Positions 1 through 8,494 of a stretch of 64,000 bases of DNA are shown here, piece after piece; the stretch's first letter is position 1, and each line of letters opens with the position of its first letter. Where the stretch lies: positions 6,361 to 70,360 of the forward strand of contig JAGVQM010000012.1 in NCBI GenBank assembly GCA_020051695.1, read 5' to 3'. This stretch comes from Candidatus Zixiibacteriota bacterium. GTDB taxonomy: Bacteria; Zixibacteria; MSB-5A5; WJJR01; JAJRUJ01. The position numbers and the translations under genes are program-made. The notes under the pieces were generated by a model. That model ran no database searches. It worked only from the letters and a program-made list of their open reading frames with translations, and was not told where the DNA came from.

Positions 1-1035
1 GAAATACTCATCCCCCATCGGACCGCCGTCGGTCCATAACTTGAAAGCCGTCGCCGTATTCTCGATTGCGGGGATCACCTGGTTATCCACGGCGGTGGCC
101 ACGGTAGTCGGCGTGACCAGCCCCATCTGGATGCGGCTCCAGGCATCGGGATGGGTCGGATAGTTGCCTTCATACATCGGGCCGCCCCAGGAACCGGAAG
201 CCATCAATGACCATAATCCCAGACCGTGAGAATCATCATCATAATCGTACAAGTCCGGCAAGCCAAACAGCAGATGGCCCAACTCATGACAGAACACACC
301 GATGGTCATATCGCCCGGGGCCGCCCAAAATTCCGGCTGGACTGAGTAAGTCCGAATCGTCTTGCCGTCACGGGTCTGCGGAGGCCAGATCGACCACATG
401 TGCGACCACATATCATCGGCCGATCCGGAACGTTCGGCGCCGGTACCGGCATGGATGACCACAATACCATCGACCGAACCGTTGTTGTCGCCGTCGAACT
501 GGCTAAAATCAACGTCGGCATCAATTAGGGCAATCAGGTCCTCGACCAGTTTCTGTGAGTTGTGGGGATATGAACCGGTACCATAACTGCCGTTGACATA
601 ATAACTGTAATCTTGCGGCGCGGTGCGCCACCCGATCTCCGAGGGCAGGTCGGGCGCGTCTATGGATAGTGTGCCGTAAGAGATTTCATCGTAATAATCC
701 CATACAGTCTGCGGAGTATGGCCAAAGAGCAATGAGTCAAAATACGACCCGGCAACCGAGGAATCATTGTCGGCAAAACGCACCAGGATTGTCAGCAGCC
801 GTTTGGAGCCGGCAACCAGGGTGCCGGTGCCGATCCGGGCCGGTTGATCGACCATGACGGGACGGGGCAGTGTCCGCAACGAATCGTATAAAGCCAGGTT
901 ACGCTGGACCTGCGGGTTGTCGGACGTCAGCAGGTCGGGGTGCGGCGGCATGGCCGGCGCCGCCGACCACAAACCCAGACACAGACCCGGCACCAACGCC
1001 ATGCTCAGAATCCGTAGAACCGTCAGATTACGCAT
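1..1035 (-). CDS. Secreted M6-family (immune inhibitor A-like) zinc metalloprotease, 5' part (runs off the window)
   Basis: Not in ORF track. Hand translation from ATG 1035 (SD GGAGG): MRNLTVLRILSMALVPGLCLGLWSAAPAMPPHP... signal peptide, later GVFCHELGHLLFGLPDLYDY...GLGLWSLMASGSW...YPTHPDAWSR, the HExxH plus downstream motif pattern of M6 peptidases. Confidence 0.9.
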   Translation of the reverse strand, partial: MRNLTVLRILSMALVPGLCLGLWSAAPAMPPHPDLLTSDNPQVQRNLALYDSLRTLPRPVMVDQPARIGTGTLVAGSKRLLTILVRFADNDSSVAGSYFDSLLFGHTPQTVWDYYDEISYGTLSIDAPDLPSEIGWRTAPQDYSYYVNGSYGTGSYPHNSQKLVEDLIALIDADVDFSQFDGDNNGSVDGIVVIHAGTGAERSGSADDMWSHMWSIWPPQTRDGKTIRTYSVQPEFWAAPGDMTIGVFCHELGHLLFGLPDLYDYDDDSHGLGLWSLMASGSWGGPMYEGNYPTHPDAWSRIQMGLVTPTTVATAVDNQVIPAIENTATAFKLWTDGGPMGDEYF

Positions 1036-1051
1036 GTTCCTCCACTCCTTG

Positions 1052-2320
1052 CTAAAAGTGCAGTCCACCGGCGAATGACAAAGTGGCGCCACGGCCCTTG
1101 GTCGGCCATAATCCGCCGGCAGTGCGCGCAGCAAGCTCCAGTTGTATCAACCCCATGTGCAACCCGCCGCCCAGACCGGCGGTGAACGAATTAAGTCCAC
1201 CGACGCTCACGCCCGCGCGCAGCGGCAAAAATGGAAAGAGAAAATACTCTGCGCCGAGACCCAGCTCGGGGGTGGTCGAGACTGCCAGACGATCAGACAG
1301 CCCAATCGACGCGACAATCGAAGTGTTCAGCTTTTCACCGGTCCGCCCCAGGCCCAGACGCAACCGCGCGGGAAGGGTCCGGCTGAACGCTGAAATGGGT
1401 GTGGCAGATTGTTCTTCCACCCACAGCGAGTCTTCAAAATTGTCGGCGGTAATGTCCTCGAAATAGACACTGTATTCACGCATTTCCGGATCATGCGACC
1501 ACCGGATAAATCCCACAGCGTTCTCCAGGACCAGCGAGGCGGCATATCGCGGGCTAAAACTCAGCAGCATGCTCCAATCAACCGCCAAACCACTGCCGCC
1601 TTCGGCGACCGTCGCGGTGGCGTATCCCGAACCACTGACCCCGGTATAACCGGCAACCAATGACCCCTGGGCGTTTTCCAATTGCACGTAATACAAGCCG
1701 CGAAGCAGACGGACGGTCAGCCCGCTATAAATCGATGTCCGGCCCCAGCGGGCCAGTCCGGCGGCATAAGACAAAGAAAGCTGCGCGCCGACCATCCCCT
1801 CGCCCGCATTGAACTCCGAAACATAGGTGCGGTCGGCCTCGTTGCCGTAAAACAGCAGTTCCAGCATTTCGCGGTCGATAGTCCCGCGCGCCTGGCCAAA
1901 CCCGGAGAAACGCAGTCCAAAGGAACCAACGCAGACGGCCAGGGCAGAGGCCTCGGCATGGGCCTCAAGGCGCCAGCCCTCAGCGGGAATTTTCGCCAGA
2001 ATTGCGGCCTTGTCCGCCGCAGTCAATGTCGCGCCGTTGTACAGGCGATAATCACTCAACCCCAGGGCGTTGGAGCCTAGTCCGCTGGAAACATCAACAA
2101 GGCGCAAGTCCCAGCCCGGTGACTGCCGCAGGGCCAGTGCGGCCGGGTTATCCGACAGGGCATCCAGACCGCGGGAAAGCGGGAAGGCATTGTCGGCCAT
2201 GGCGACTGCGCGCGGAGAGACCGGAGCGGTCAGGCCGGCCCTAGTCGCCCCGATCAACAGGATCACGATGGCGACTATCGTCAGCAAAATACGTCCGAAT
2301 GAATATGGATTATGCATCAT
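1052..2320 (-). CDS. Putative outer-membrane beta-barrel protein
   Basis: Signal peptide, NPAALA motif near the N-terminus, alternating amphipathic beta-strands, C-terminal Phe (GLHF); start overlaps the upstream stop. Confidence 0.7.
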   Translation of the reverse strand: MMHNPYSFGRILLTIVAIVILLIGATRAGLTAPVSPRAVAMADNAFPLSRGLDALSDNPAALALRQSPGWDLRLVDVSSGLGSNALGLSDYRLYNGATLTAADKAAILAKIPAEGWRLEAHAEASALAVCVGSFGLRFSGFGQARGTIDREMLELLFYGNEADRTYVSEFNAGEGMVGAQLSLSYAAGLARWGRTSIYSGLTVRLLRGLYYVQLENAQGSLVAGYTGVSGSGYATATVAEGGSGLAVDWSMLLSFSPRYAASLVLENAVGFIRWSHDPEMREYSVYFEDITADNFEDSLWVEEQSATPISAFSRTLPARLRLGLGRTGEKLNTSIVASIGLSDRLAVSTTPELGLGAEYFLFPFLPLRAGVSVGGLNSFTAGLGGGLHMGLIQLELAARTAGGLWPTKGRGATLSFAGGLHF

Positions 2321-4356
2321 TACCTGCCTGTTCCCTCGGCCCGATCGCCGACCATGGCTTCAATGCGCAGCAGCGCGCGCCAATCGACGTAGTCCGAATC
2401 GCGCACAGTCACCACTGAACCGTCACTGCTGAAAAACCGGATCTCTTCAGTAATGAACAGTGAGTCGCCCTCAAATATCCCCGACTGTTCGGCTGTTATG
2501 GAGAACACGTCGCGAGAAGTCACCGGACCGTTAGTCCGGCCGGCCGCATCGACCGATGCCGGAGCAATCTCCGTCGGCCCGAGAATAAGATCGGGGTTAT
2601 TCGGCAGGTTGGCGCGAGAATCGGCCAGCCGAACCTCAATGACCACGCCAAAGGGCAAATGGTTATCAAATTCGGCCGAGATCGACGCCGCGCCGAACCG
2701 CTCGGCGAAATCATCACTTTCACCGGGTAGCGCGACTCCCTCGATTTCACCGGAATACTCAACGTCGTCCAGATACAACGACAATGGCGCTGTCAGTCTG
2801 AATGACGGGAGGATGAAATCGTTAGATCGCGCCGTGCCGGAGGTGATCCCATCGCCATAGGTGACCGTACCCGCCGCCGTGATCAGCGCCGGGATCGGGG
2901 AAAGCAATGTTGCGGCGTTGGCAATGGTGGTCTGGCTGGCAAGGGGAACACCCGCGGCAGCCGGCACAAACTCGCCGGCGATCTGTAACGACTGCTGCCG
3001 GTCTCCGGTTAACAGCAAATCAAATTCCCCGGGGTAGGGGAGTGAACTGACGACTTCCACCTGCAATTCCCCGGCGGCCAGGCCGACGTCGGCGAATCCC
3101 TCAGGCAAATCAATCTCGGCCTGCAAATGCTCGACGGGCTGGACAGTCGCCGGCAAAGTTCCGGTCACCGATTCGATGACTGGTGCCGCGATGTCTACCG
3201 TGACAGCAATGCGGTCGGCCGAGGAAATCGCAATCGGGGCCACGGAGCCGGATGAAAACAGGACCGCATTAATGCGCAACGGGGTGAAACTCGTTACATC
3301 ATTACTGTAAGAGGTCCCGGTCAAGTCCAGGGGAAGTTGCACGGTCGAGTGTGCCGCAACGGTCCTGGTCATCGCTACCGGCACGCCGTCCCGTGTCAAA
3401 TCGGGCAAAATCAGATTTACAGAAAAAACAAGGTTGCTGCCGTTGCCCAAATGCACCAACACCTGTCCACCGGAAAACTCAGCAGCGGACGCCTGAATGT
3501 CGTCGGTAAACTCAATAGTATCAGCCAGTGTTTTTTCAAACTCCGGAACAACGGCGAGCGCCTCGGTAACAGCGATGGCTTCCGGGAAGTGGGCGGAAAT
3601 TTCGATGGTGTTGCCTGCCACCGACTCCACATAACCGCCGGGAGTACGGACATACACCGAAAACGCCAATTGCCCGCTGATTACCGCTCCGGAAAGATCC
3701 ACGTCCGCGGCGCGGCTTTCCGCAGGGCTGATGACACCGGCGAAGACAACCCGTCCGACTTCGGCCGCAGTCCCGGCATCGTCGATGACGACTTCGACAG
3801 AATCAAACGCCAGGGCACAATTATTGGCGGCAGTCACGCGCAGGACTCCCTGGGCGATATTCGCACTCTGGATGTCCTGGAATGGGGGAAAATCGCGATG
3901 GATCTGTGCCGCGAAACCGGGAATATCCCCGGCCGGTCCGCCGTAGAGTTCAACCAGCGAAATGCCGGCCGTCAGTTCCTGCGCGGGGTGCAGAGAAACC
4001 GCGCCCAGTGTGTCGGCATACGACTGACTGATGTTGGCAAAGGTGATATTGTCCCCGATGAAGATGGTATCCAGTGTGCGGCGCACCTCGAACCGGGCCC
4101 CGGAAACCGAATCCCAGATAAGTTCTTCCTGAGCAGCGTGGCTGATAATGTATGGGACATCATAATGGCGGTTGACCAGCGGCACGGTCAAATCGACAGT
4201 CCATCGCGGCGATTCCGGTGATTCAAGAGAACAACCGCTGATCGGTAATACCGGCATCAGGAGGGCCAGCGCCACGGCCAAGTTCCGGCGACTTCGCTGA
4301 GTCCGCCGGCCGGCCAAACGACTGCCACATGCCTGTCTGCTGGATCGATCACCCAT
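2320..4356 (-). CDS. Large beta-rich lipoprotein of unknown function
   Basis: In-frame ATG at 4356 after a purine-rich SD (AGGTGGGG); basic N-region, hydrophobic stretch and lipobox LPISG-C. The ORF-track extension to 4581 overlaps the promoter and looks non-coding. Confidence 0.7.
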   Translation of the reverse strand: MGDRSSRQACGSRLAGRRTQRSRRNLAVALALLMPVLPISGCSLESPESPRWTVDLTVPLVNRHYDVPYIISHAAQEELIWDSVSGARFEVRRTLDTIFIGDNITFANISQSYADTLGAVSLHPAQELTAGISLVELYGGPAGDIPGFAAQIHRDFPPFQDIQSANIAQGVLRVTAANNCALAFDSVEVVIDDAGTAAEVGRVVFAGVISPAESRAADVDLSGAVISGQLAFSVYVRTPGGYVESVAGNTIEISAHFPEAIAVTEALAVVPEFEKTLADTIEFTDDIQASAAEFSGGQVLVHLGNGSNLVFSVNLILPDLTRDGVPVAMTRTVAAHSTVQLPLDLTGTSYSNDVTSFTPLRINAVLFSSGSVAPIAISSADRIAVTVDIAAPVIESVTGTLPATVQPVEHLQAEIDLPEGFADVGLAAGELQVEVVSSLPYPGEFDLLLTGDRQQSLQIAGEFVPAAAGVPLASQTTIANAATLLSPIPALITAAGTVTYGDGITSGTARSNDFILPSFRLTAPLSLYLDDVEYSGEIEGVALPGESDDFAERFGAASISAEFDNHLPFGVVIEVRLADSRANLPNNPDLILGPTEIAPASVDAAGRTNGPVTSRDVFSITAEQSGIFEGDSLFITEEIRFFSSDGSVVTVRDSDYVDWRALLRIEAMVGDRAEGTGR

Positions 4357-4411
4357 AATTCCCCACCTTAAAAGCTGTCGCAAATGCAAGCGATGTTTCG
4401 CAGGATCATTT

Positions 4412-4428
4412 GGCAATTGCCATGCCGG
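4412..4428 (-). promoter_or_regulatory. sigma54 (-24/-12) promoter
   Basis: Minus strand CCGGCATGGCAATTGCC: GG-N10-GC, matching TGGCAC-N5-TTGC, about 55 nt upstream of ATG 4356 and divergent from a GAFTGA-type activator gene. Confidence 0.7.
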
Positions 4429-4675
4429 GTGAACCGACTTGCCCAACAACCGAGCAGGAAATAAATATAACAACCAATACCACAACAGCTTGGATAAGGG
4501 CGACGGATTTCGATTCCGGATAAACCGACCATGAGTGCTGCGATAATCGAGGGGGAAATGTGGGTTGCATCCCACACTCAAACGGTAAGTACGCCAAATT
4601 CAAGCTCTTGGTTGTGCCCGGTGGAACAGGGTCAACAGTAAAAACCGGCCATTGAGGAAGTATTTTTGTATGATT

Positions 4676-4729
4676 TCGCGTAACGCATTATTATATAACA
4701 TATTACGCGATTATTCGCAGATTCTGCGA
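4676..4729. promoter_or_regulatory. Two adjacent palindromes (candidate enhancer and DNA-bending site)
   Basis: TCGCGTAA-N19(AT-rich)-TTACGCGA at 4676-4710 and perfect TCGCAGA-T-TCTGCGA at 4715-4729. Confidence 0.55.
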
Positions 4730-4760
4730 CGCATATTCTGCATTTTTTCGGCAAAAACGC

Positions 4761-4787
4761 TTGACAAAATCGGATTATCCATATTTT
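4761..4787 (+). promoter_or_regulatory. Possible sigma70 promoter of the peptide/activator operon
   Basis: Perfect TTGACA at 4761-4766; the -10 is weak (TATTTT at only 15-nt spacing). Confidence 0.4.
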
Positions 4788-4865
4788 GTTAATCTTGGGT
4801 AAATGTGTGAATGGAATTTAGACTGTTTTGGGAAATGCATGAGGAAGACTGAGGGAGGTGGTCCG

Positions 4866-5150
4866 ATGGAGAAATTGAAACTCCTTATTGCCATCGGCCT
4901 GTGTGTGGCGTTGATGATGTTCCCGCTTGCTGGCATGGCGGGTAATCCTCTTCCTGTCAATAACAGTGCCGACGGTCATCCGTGGGATGACGGAGACAAC
5001 TCGACTGGTCCGGAAGATCCTGAAAATCCGAGCGATACGGTGGTGGAAGTCGTTAATGCAACGGCTGGTCCTGACATCACCGGCAAACCGCTGAGAAGCT
5101 CGGTCAACGTCGTGTTTGTCTGGAAATGGTATCTGATATTGATCTGGTAG
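4866..5150 (+). CDS. Small secreted protein (94 aa) with DGHPWDD motif; candidate signalling propeptide
   Basis: Strong SD GGGAGGT before ATG 4866; Sec signal MEKLKLLIAIGLCVALMMFPLAGMA; then acidic low-complexity region and aromatic/hydrophobic C-terminus; 51 nt upstream of the activator gene. Confidence 0.8.
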   Translation: MEKLKLLIAIGLCVALMMFPLAGMAGNPLPVNNSADGHPWDDGDNSTGPEDPENPSDTVVEVVNATAGPDITGKPLRSSVNVVFVWKWYLILIW

Positions 5151-5201
5151 AACCCGTAGCGTTCGCCGACCATTAAACGGAGTCGCGAAAGTCGCCGGCA
5201 A

Positions 5202-8144
5202 ATGAGACCCACCTCTCGCCATACAAAAACAGGCGCCGGAGCAGGGCATGACGAGATCCTGAAGCTGTTAAAAGAGGGCGAATACAGCGCCGCGCTGAAG
5301 GAACTTGACTGCCTGTCCGCTGATGAATGCCGTTTGCCTGCCCAGCAGGCAGAGGTATCATATTACCGGGCCCTGGCCTTATCGAGTATGTCGCGATATG
5401 CGGACGCGCTGGCGGCGGCACGAGTCGCTTTCTCCTACTACAATAATTCCGTCGATCATCTCCGGCTGGCCGAAATCCTCACCATCATGGGCAAGTCGTA
5501 TGCCGGGCGGGGGGATTTGAAAAACGCCCGAATCCAGATCCGCAACGCTCTCGCCTCATTTTTCCGGATTGGCCATACCGACGGTATCATTCGTTCCTAC
5601 AACGAACTCGCGCGAATCGAATTCATCCGGGGTGAATTCGACCTGGCCGTCGATCATCTCACCGAAGCGATTTCCCATTGTGAGCAGGAGGGGAATGTCG
5701 ATTTTCGCGCCAAGTTGGTCGGAAACCTTGGTCGCATACATTTATTGCGGGCCAACTGGGATGGGGCGCGGGAGAGTCTGGAACTGGCTGAACGGACTCA
5801 GGCGCGGCTGGGTAATCACCTCTCGGTCGTGCGCAATCAATTGTCCCGCGGCTTATTGCATATCCGCCAGGGAAAACTGGCCGCGGCTACGGCAATTCTT
5901 GATGAGGCCGCCGCGTCCATCACCTTGAGGGGATACCTGCGCGAGGAGGCCATTCTCCACGAATACCGTGGGATGCTGGCCGGCATTGCCGGGGATTTTG
6001 ACGCGGCAATCGCGGAATTCGAACGGGCGCTGTCTTTGGGCCGCAAAGTCGCCGAGAAAGGCGATCTTGTCGCCCAATCGTTGCGGGGCCTCGCCGAAGC
6101 GTATTTTGAAAAGGGTGAAATCACCGCGGCGGAAAAAACCGCCAATGAAGCCCTGCAAGTATCTCAGGAACTGGGTGAAAAAACTGAAATAGGCGCGTCG
6201 TTCCGGGTCCTGGGGCGTTTCTATGCCGCACGACAGAACTCTGCCGAGGCGCGAAAAAATTTCGAGCAGTCACTGGCGGTATTGCGCGGTGTGGGCGATG
6301 TTTTCGAACTGGCCTGGACCGCCTATTATCACGCGGAATTCCTGATCCGTTCCACTGCGCCCGCCGACCATATGCTTGGCCGGGCGGCGCTTGCCGAATG
6401 TGAAACCAAATTCTCTGCGCTGGGCGGCGAATTCTGGGTTGATGTCCCCGTCGTGCTGCGCGCGGCCCTGGAATTGTCGGAAAATAATCTCGGTATTGCC
6501 GGGCGCCTGATCAGTGAGGTGACCGACAGTACGCGCAATAGTACCCGGCCGGCCTGGCTTTTTGCCGATCGCCTGATTCCACTCCGTGCGGAATGGGAAA
6601 CGAAATTGGCCGAACATGCCGCCGGGGAACAAAACGAATACCGAATCTTTCGCACCGTGCTCAGTGAGGGTGAAGCGCGCGGGCTGCGCGGCGGTGATTT
6701 TGAAGACACGGTGCGCCTGCTGGTCGATCGGTTGAGTGCGGACGGCAGCGCGTTGATCCTGCCTCATCCGGAAACGGACGAAGCAGAGTGTGTCTACGTC
6801 CATAATCTTTCGGAATCTCGACAGCGGCGGATTCTGCGCCTGATCGGTGAAGGGCCTTTTGGCGGGTTCCCGCTGGACCGTCCGGCGGTGATCTCCTATC
6901 TGGCCGATCAACCGAACATTTACCAGTTCCTGAATCGCAACGAAAAGTATTCCACCGAATCGATCCTGACGGTGCCGGTCGTGCTGGGACCGGAGGGCAC
7001 TGCCCTGTTATATCTCGATCGGCGGGTCAATGGCTCGCGGCCCCCGGTGTTTACCTCGGCGGATATTGATTTTGCCGTGGCCTTTGCCGAAATCCTGGGA
7101 CTAAAATTCGCCGAACGGCAGCGCTCGGGGCTGTTGCAGGACAACATGCGGTTGAAACAGCAGCTAAATGAAAAAGTCGGCTTCCCCAGTATCATCACCG
7201 CCAACGAGCAGATGATCGAGATGCTTTCCCGGGTACGGCTGGTCATGGATTCGAACGTGACGATTTTGGTCCAGGGAGAAACCGGGACCGGCAAGGACCT
7301 GCTGGCCAAGGCCATCCATTATAATTCCGTGCGGCGGGATATGCCGTATGTCTCGGTCAACTGCGCCGCGCTGCCGGAATCGCTTTTGGAAAGTGAATTG
7401 TTCGGCTATAAGAAAGGGGCATTCACCGGGGCCGACCACGACAAGAAGGGATTGTTTGAAGAGGCCGACGGCGGGACATTTCTACTTGATGAAATCGGCG
7501 ATATGCCGTTACTGTTGCAGACCAAACTGCTGCGGCTTTTGGAAGAAAAGGAAATTATCCGGCTCGGGGAAACCAAACCGCGCAAAATCGACGTCCGGGT
7601 CATTTCGGCGACCAACCGTGATTTGAAAGCCGACGCCGAGGCCGGTGTGTTCCGCCAGGACCTCTATTATCGCCTGTCGGCGCTGTCGTTCAGATTGATT
7701 CCCTTGCGGGAGCGCCGCGAGGATATTCCGCTGCTGATCGATCATTTCCTGGAAAAGTCCATGACCGACGGCGGCAAACCGCCCCGGCCGATGCCGGAGA
7801 CCCTGCGGCGGCTGGTGGAATACCATTGGCCGGGAAATATCCGCGAACTGGAAAACGAAATTAAAAAACTCATGTTGTTGCGCGGGATTACTGAAGAAAT
7901 CGACGCGGGACTACTCTCGCGCAAATTTTTCGAAACGACCCCGGATGAGGACGAGAAACAACCGGCGGCTGCCGGCACGTTCTCCCTCTACGAGCACCTG
8001 GCAACCATCGAGAAAAAACACCTGTTGCGGGCATTGGCCGAGAATAAGTGGATCAAAAAACATGCGGCCAAACAACTGGATATTCCGGAATCGACGTTGC
8101 GGTTGAAAATGAGGCAGTATAAACTGGAACGGGCCAAACAATAA
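5202..8144 (+). CDS. sigma54-dependent enhancer-binding protein, TPR array-GAF-AAA+-HTH
   Basis: About 420 aa of TPR-like helical repeats, GAF-like segment (SILTVPV...LLYLD), Walker A GETGTGKD, intact GAFTGA, Walker B LLDEIGD, WPGNIRELEN, C-terminal Fis-type HTH (AAKQLDIPESTLRLKM). Confidence 0.92.
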   Translation: MRPTSRHTKTGAGAGHDEILKLLKEGEYSAALKELDCLSADECRLPAQQAEVSYYRALALSSMSRYADALAAARVAFSYYNNSVDHLRLAEILTIMGKSYAGRGDLKNARIQIRNALASFFRIGHTDGIIRSYNELARIEFIRGEFDLAVDHLTEAISHCEQEGNVDFRAKLVGNLGRIHLLRANWDGARESLELAERTQARLGNHLSVVRNQLSRGLLHIRQGKLAAATAILDEAAASITLRGYLREEAILHEYRGMLAGIAGDFDAAIAEFERALSLGRKVAEKGDLVAQSLRGLAEAYFEKGEITAAEKTANEALQVSQELGEKTEIGASFRVLGRFYAARQNSAEARKNFEQSLAVLRGVGDVFELAWTAYYHAEFLIRSTAPADHMLGRAALAECETKFSALGGEFWVDVPVVLRAALELSENNLGIAGRLISEVTDSTRNSTRPAWLFADRLIPLRAEWETKLAEHAAGEQNEYRIFRTVLSEGEARGLRGGDFEDTVRLLVDRLSADGSALILPHPETDEAECVYVHNLSESRQRRILRLIGEGPFGGFPLDRPAVISYLADQPNIYQFLNRNEKYSTESILTVPVVLGPEGTALLYLDRRVNGSRPPVFTSADIDFAVAFAEILGLKFAERQRSGLLQDNMRLKQQLNEKVGFPSIITANEQMIEMLSRVRLVMDSNVTILVQGETGTGKDLLAKAIHYNSVRRDMPYVSVNCAALPESLLESELFGYKKGAFTGADHDKKGLFEEADGGTFLLDEIGDMPLLLQTKLLRLLEEKEIIRLGETKPRKIDVRVISATNRDLKADAEAGVFRQDLYYRLSALSFRLIPLRERREDIPLLIDHFLEKSMTDGGKPPRPMPETLRRLVEYHWPGNIRELENEIKKLMLLRGITEEIDAGLLSRKFFETTPDEDEKQPAAAGTFSLYEHLATIEKKHLLRALAENKWIKKHAAKQLDIPESTLRLKMRQYKLERAKQ

Positions 8145-8168
8145 CCGGCAGACCTCCGGGTTTGGCCA

Positions 8169-8191
8169 GCCCCGTGCGCGGGGTTTTTTTT
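8169..8191 (+). terminator. Intrinsic terminator
   Basis: GCCCCG-TGCG-CGGGGT hairpin followed by a T run, just after the activator stop codon. Confidence 0.75.
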
Positions 8192-8289
8192 ATGTCCCGA
8201 GACCCCGGCGGTCCGCCGGCGCTGCCCAACAATTGCTTTCCCACATGCAATTATCTATAGTACCATAAGGATAATCAGGGGGTATCGCG

Positions 8290-8457
8290 ATGGGCCTGCC
8301 CGGAAAACTTTCGATCTTCGGCGAGCTATGGTATTTCATGCGTCACCGCAAGAAATGGTGGTTGGGCCCCATCCTGGTGATCCTGTTGCTGCTCGGGGCT
8401 TTTATTGTCCTGGCCGAAACCTCGGCGATTGCCCCATTTATTTATTCCATATTTTGA
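8290..8457 (+). CDS. DUF5989-like small membrane protein (55 aa)
   Basis: Not in ORF track. MGLPGKLSIFGELWYFMRHRKKWWLGPILVILLLLGAFIVLAETSAIAPFIYSIF shows the RKKWWLxP...APFIY.F signature; this family is commonly next to SGNH hydrolase genes. Confidence 0.85.
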   Translation: MGLPGKLSIFGELWYFMRHRKKWWLGPILVILLLLGAFIVLAETSAIAPFIYSIF

Positions 8458-8494
8458 TCGGCTGGACCATGGGCATCTTATCCGGGACCGACTC

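Noticed and set aside
4357..4581. N-terminal 75 codons of the 753-aa track ORF
   Set aside because: Overlaps the sigma54 promoter and lies ahead of the signal peptide; ATG 4356 fits better.
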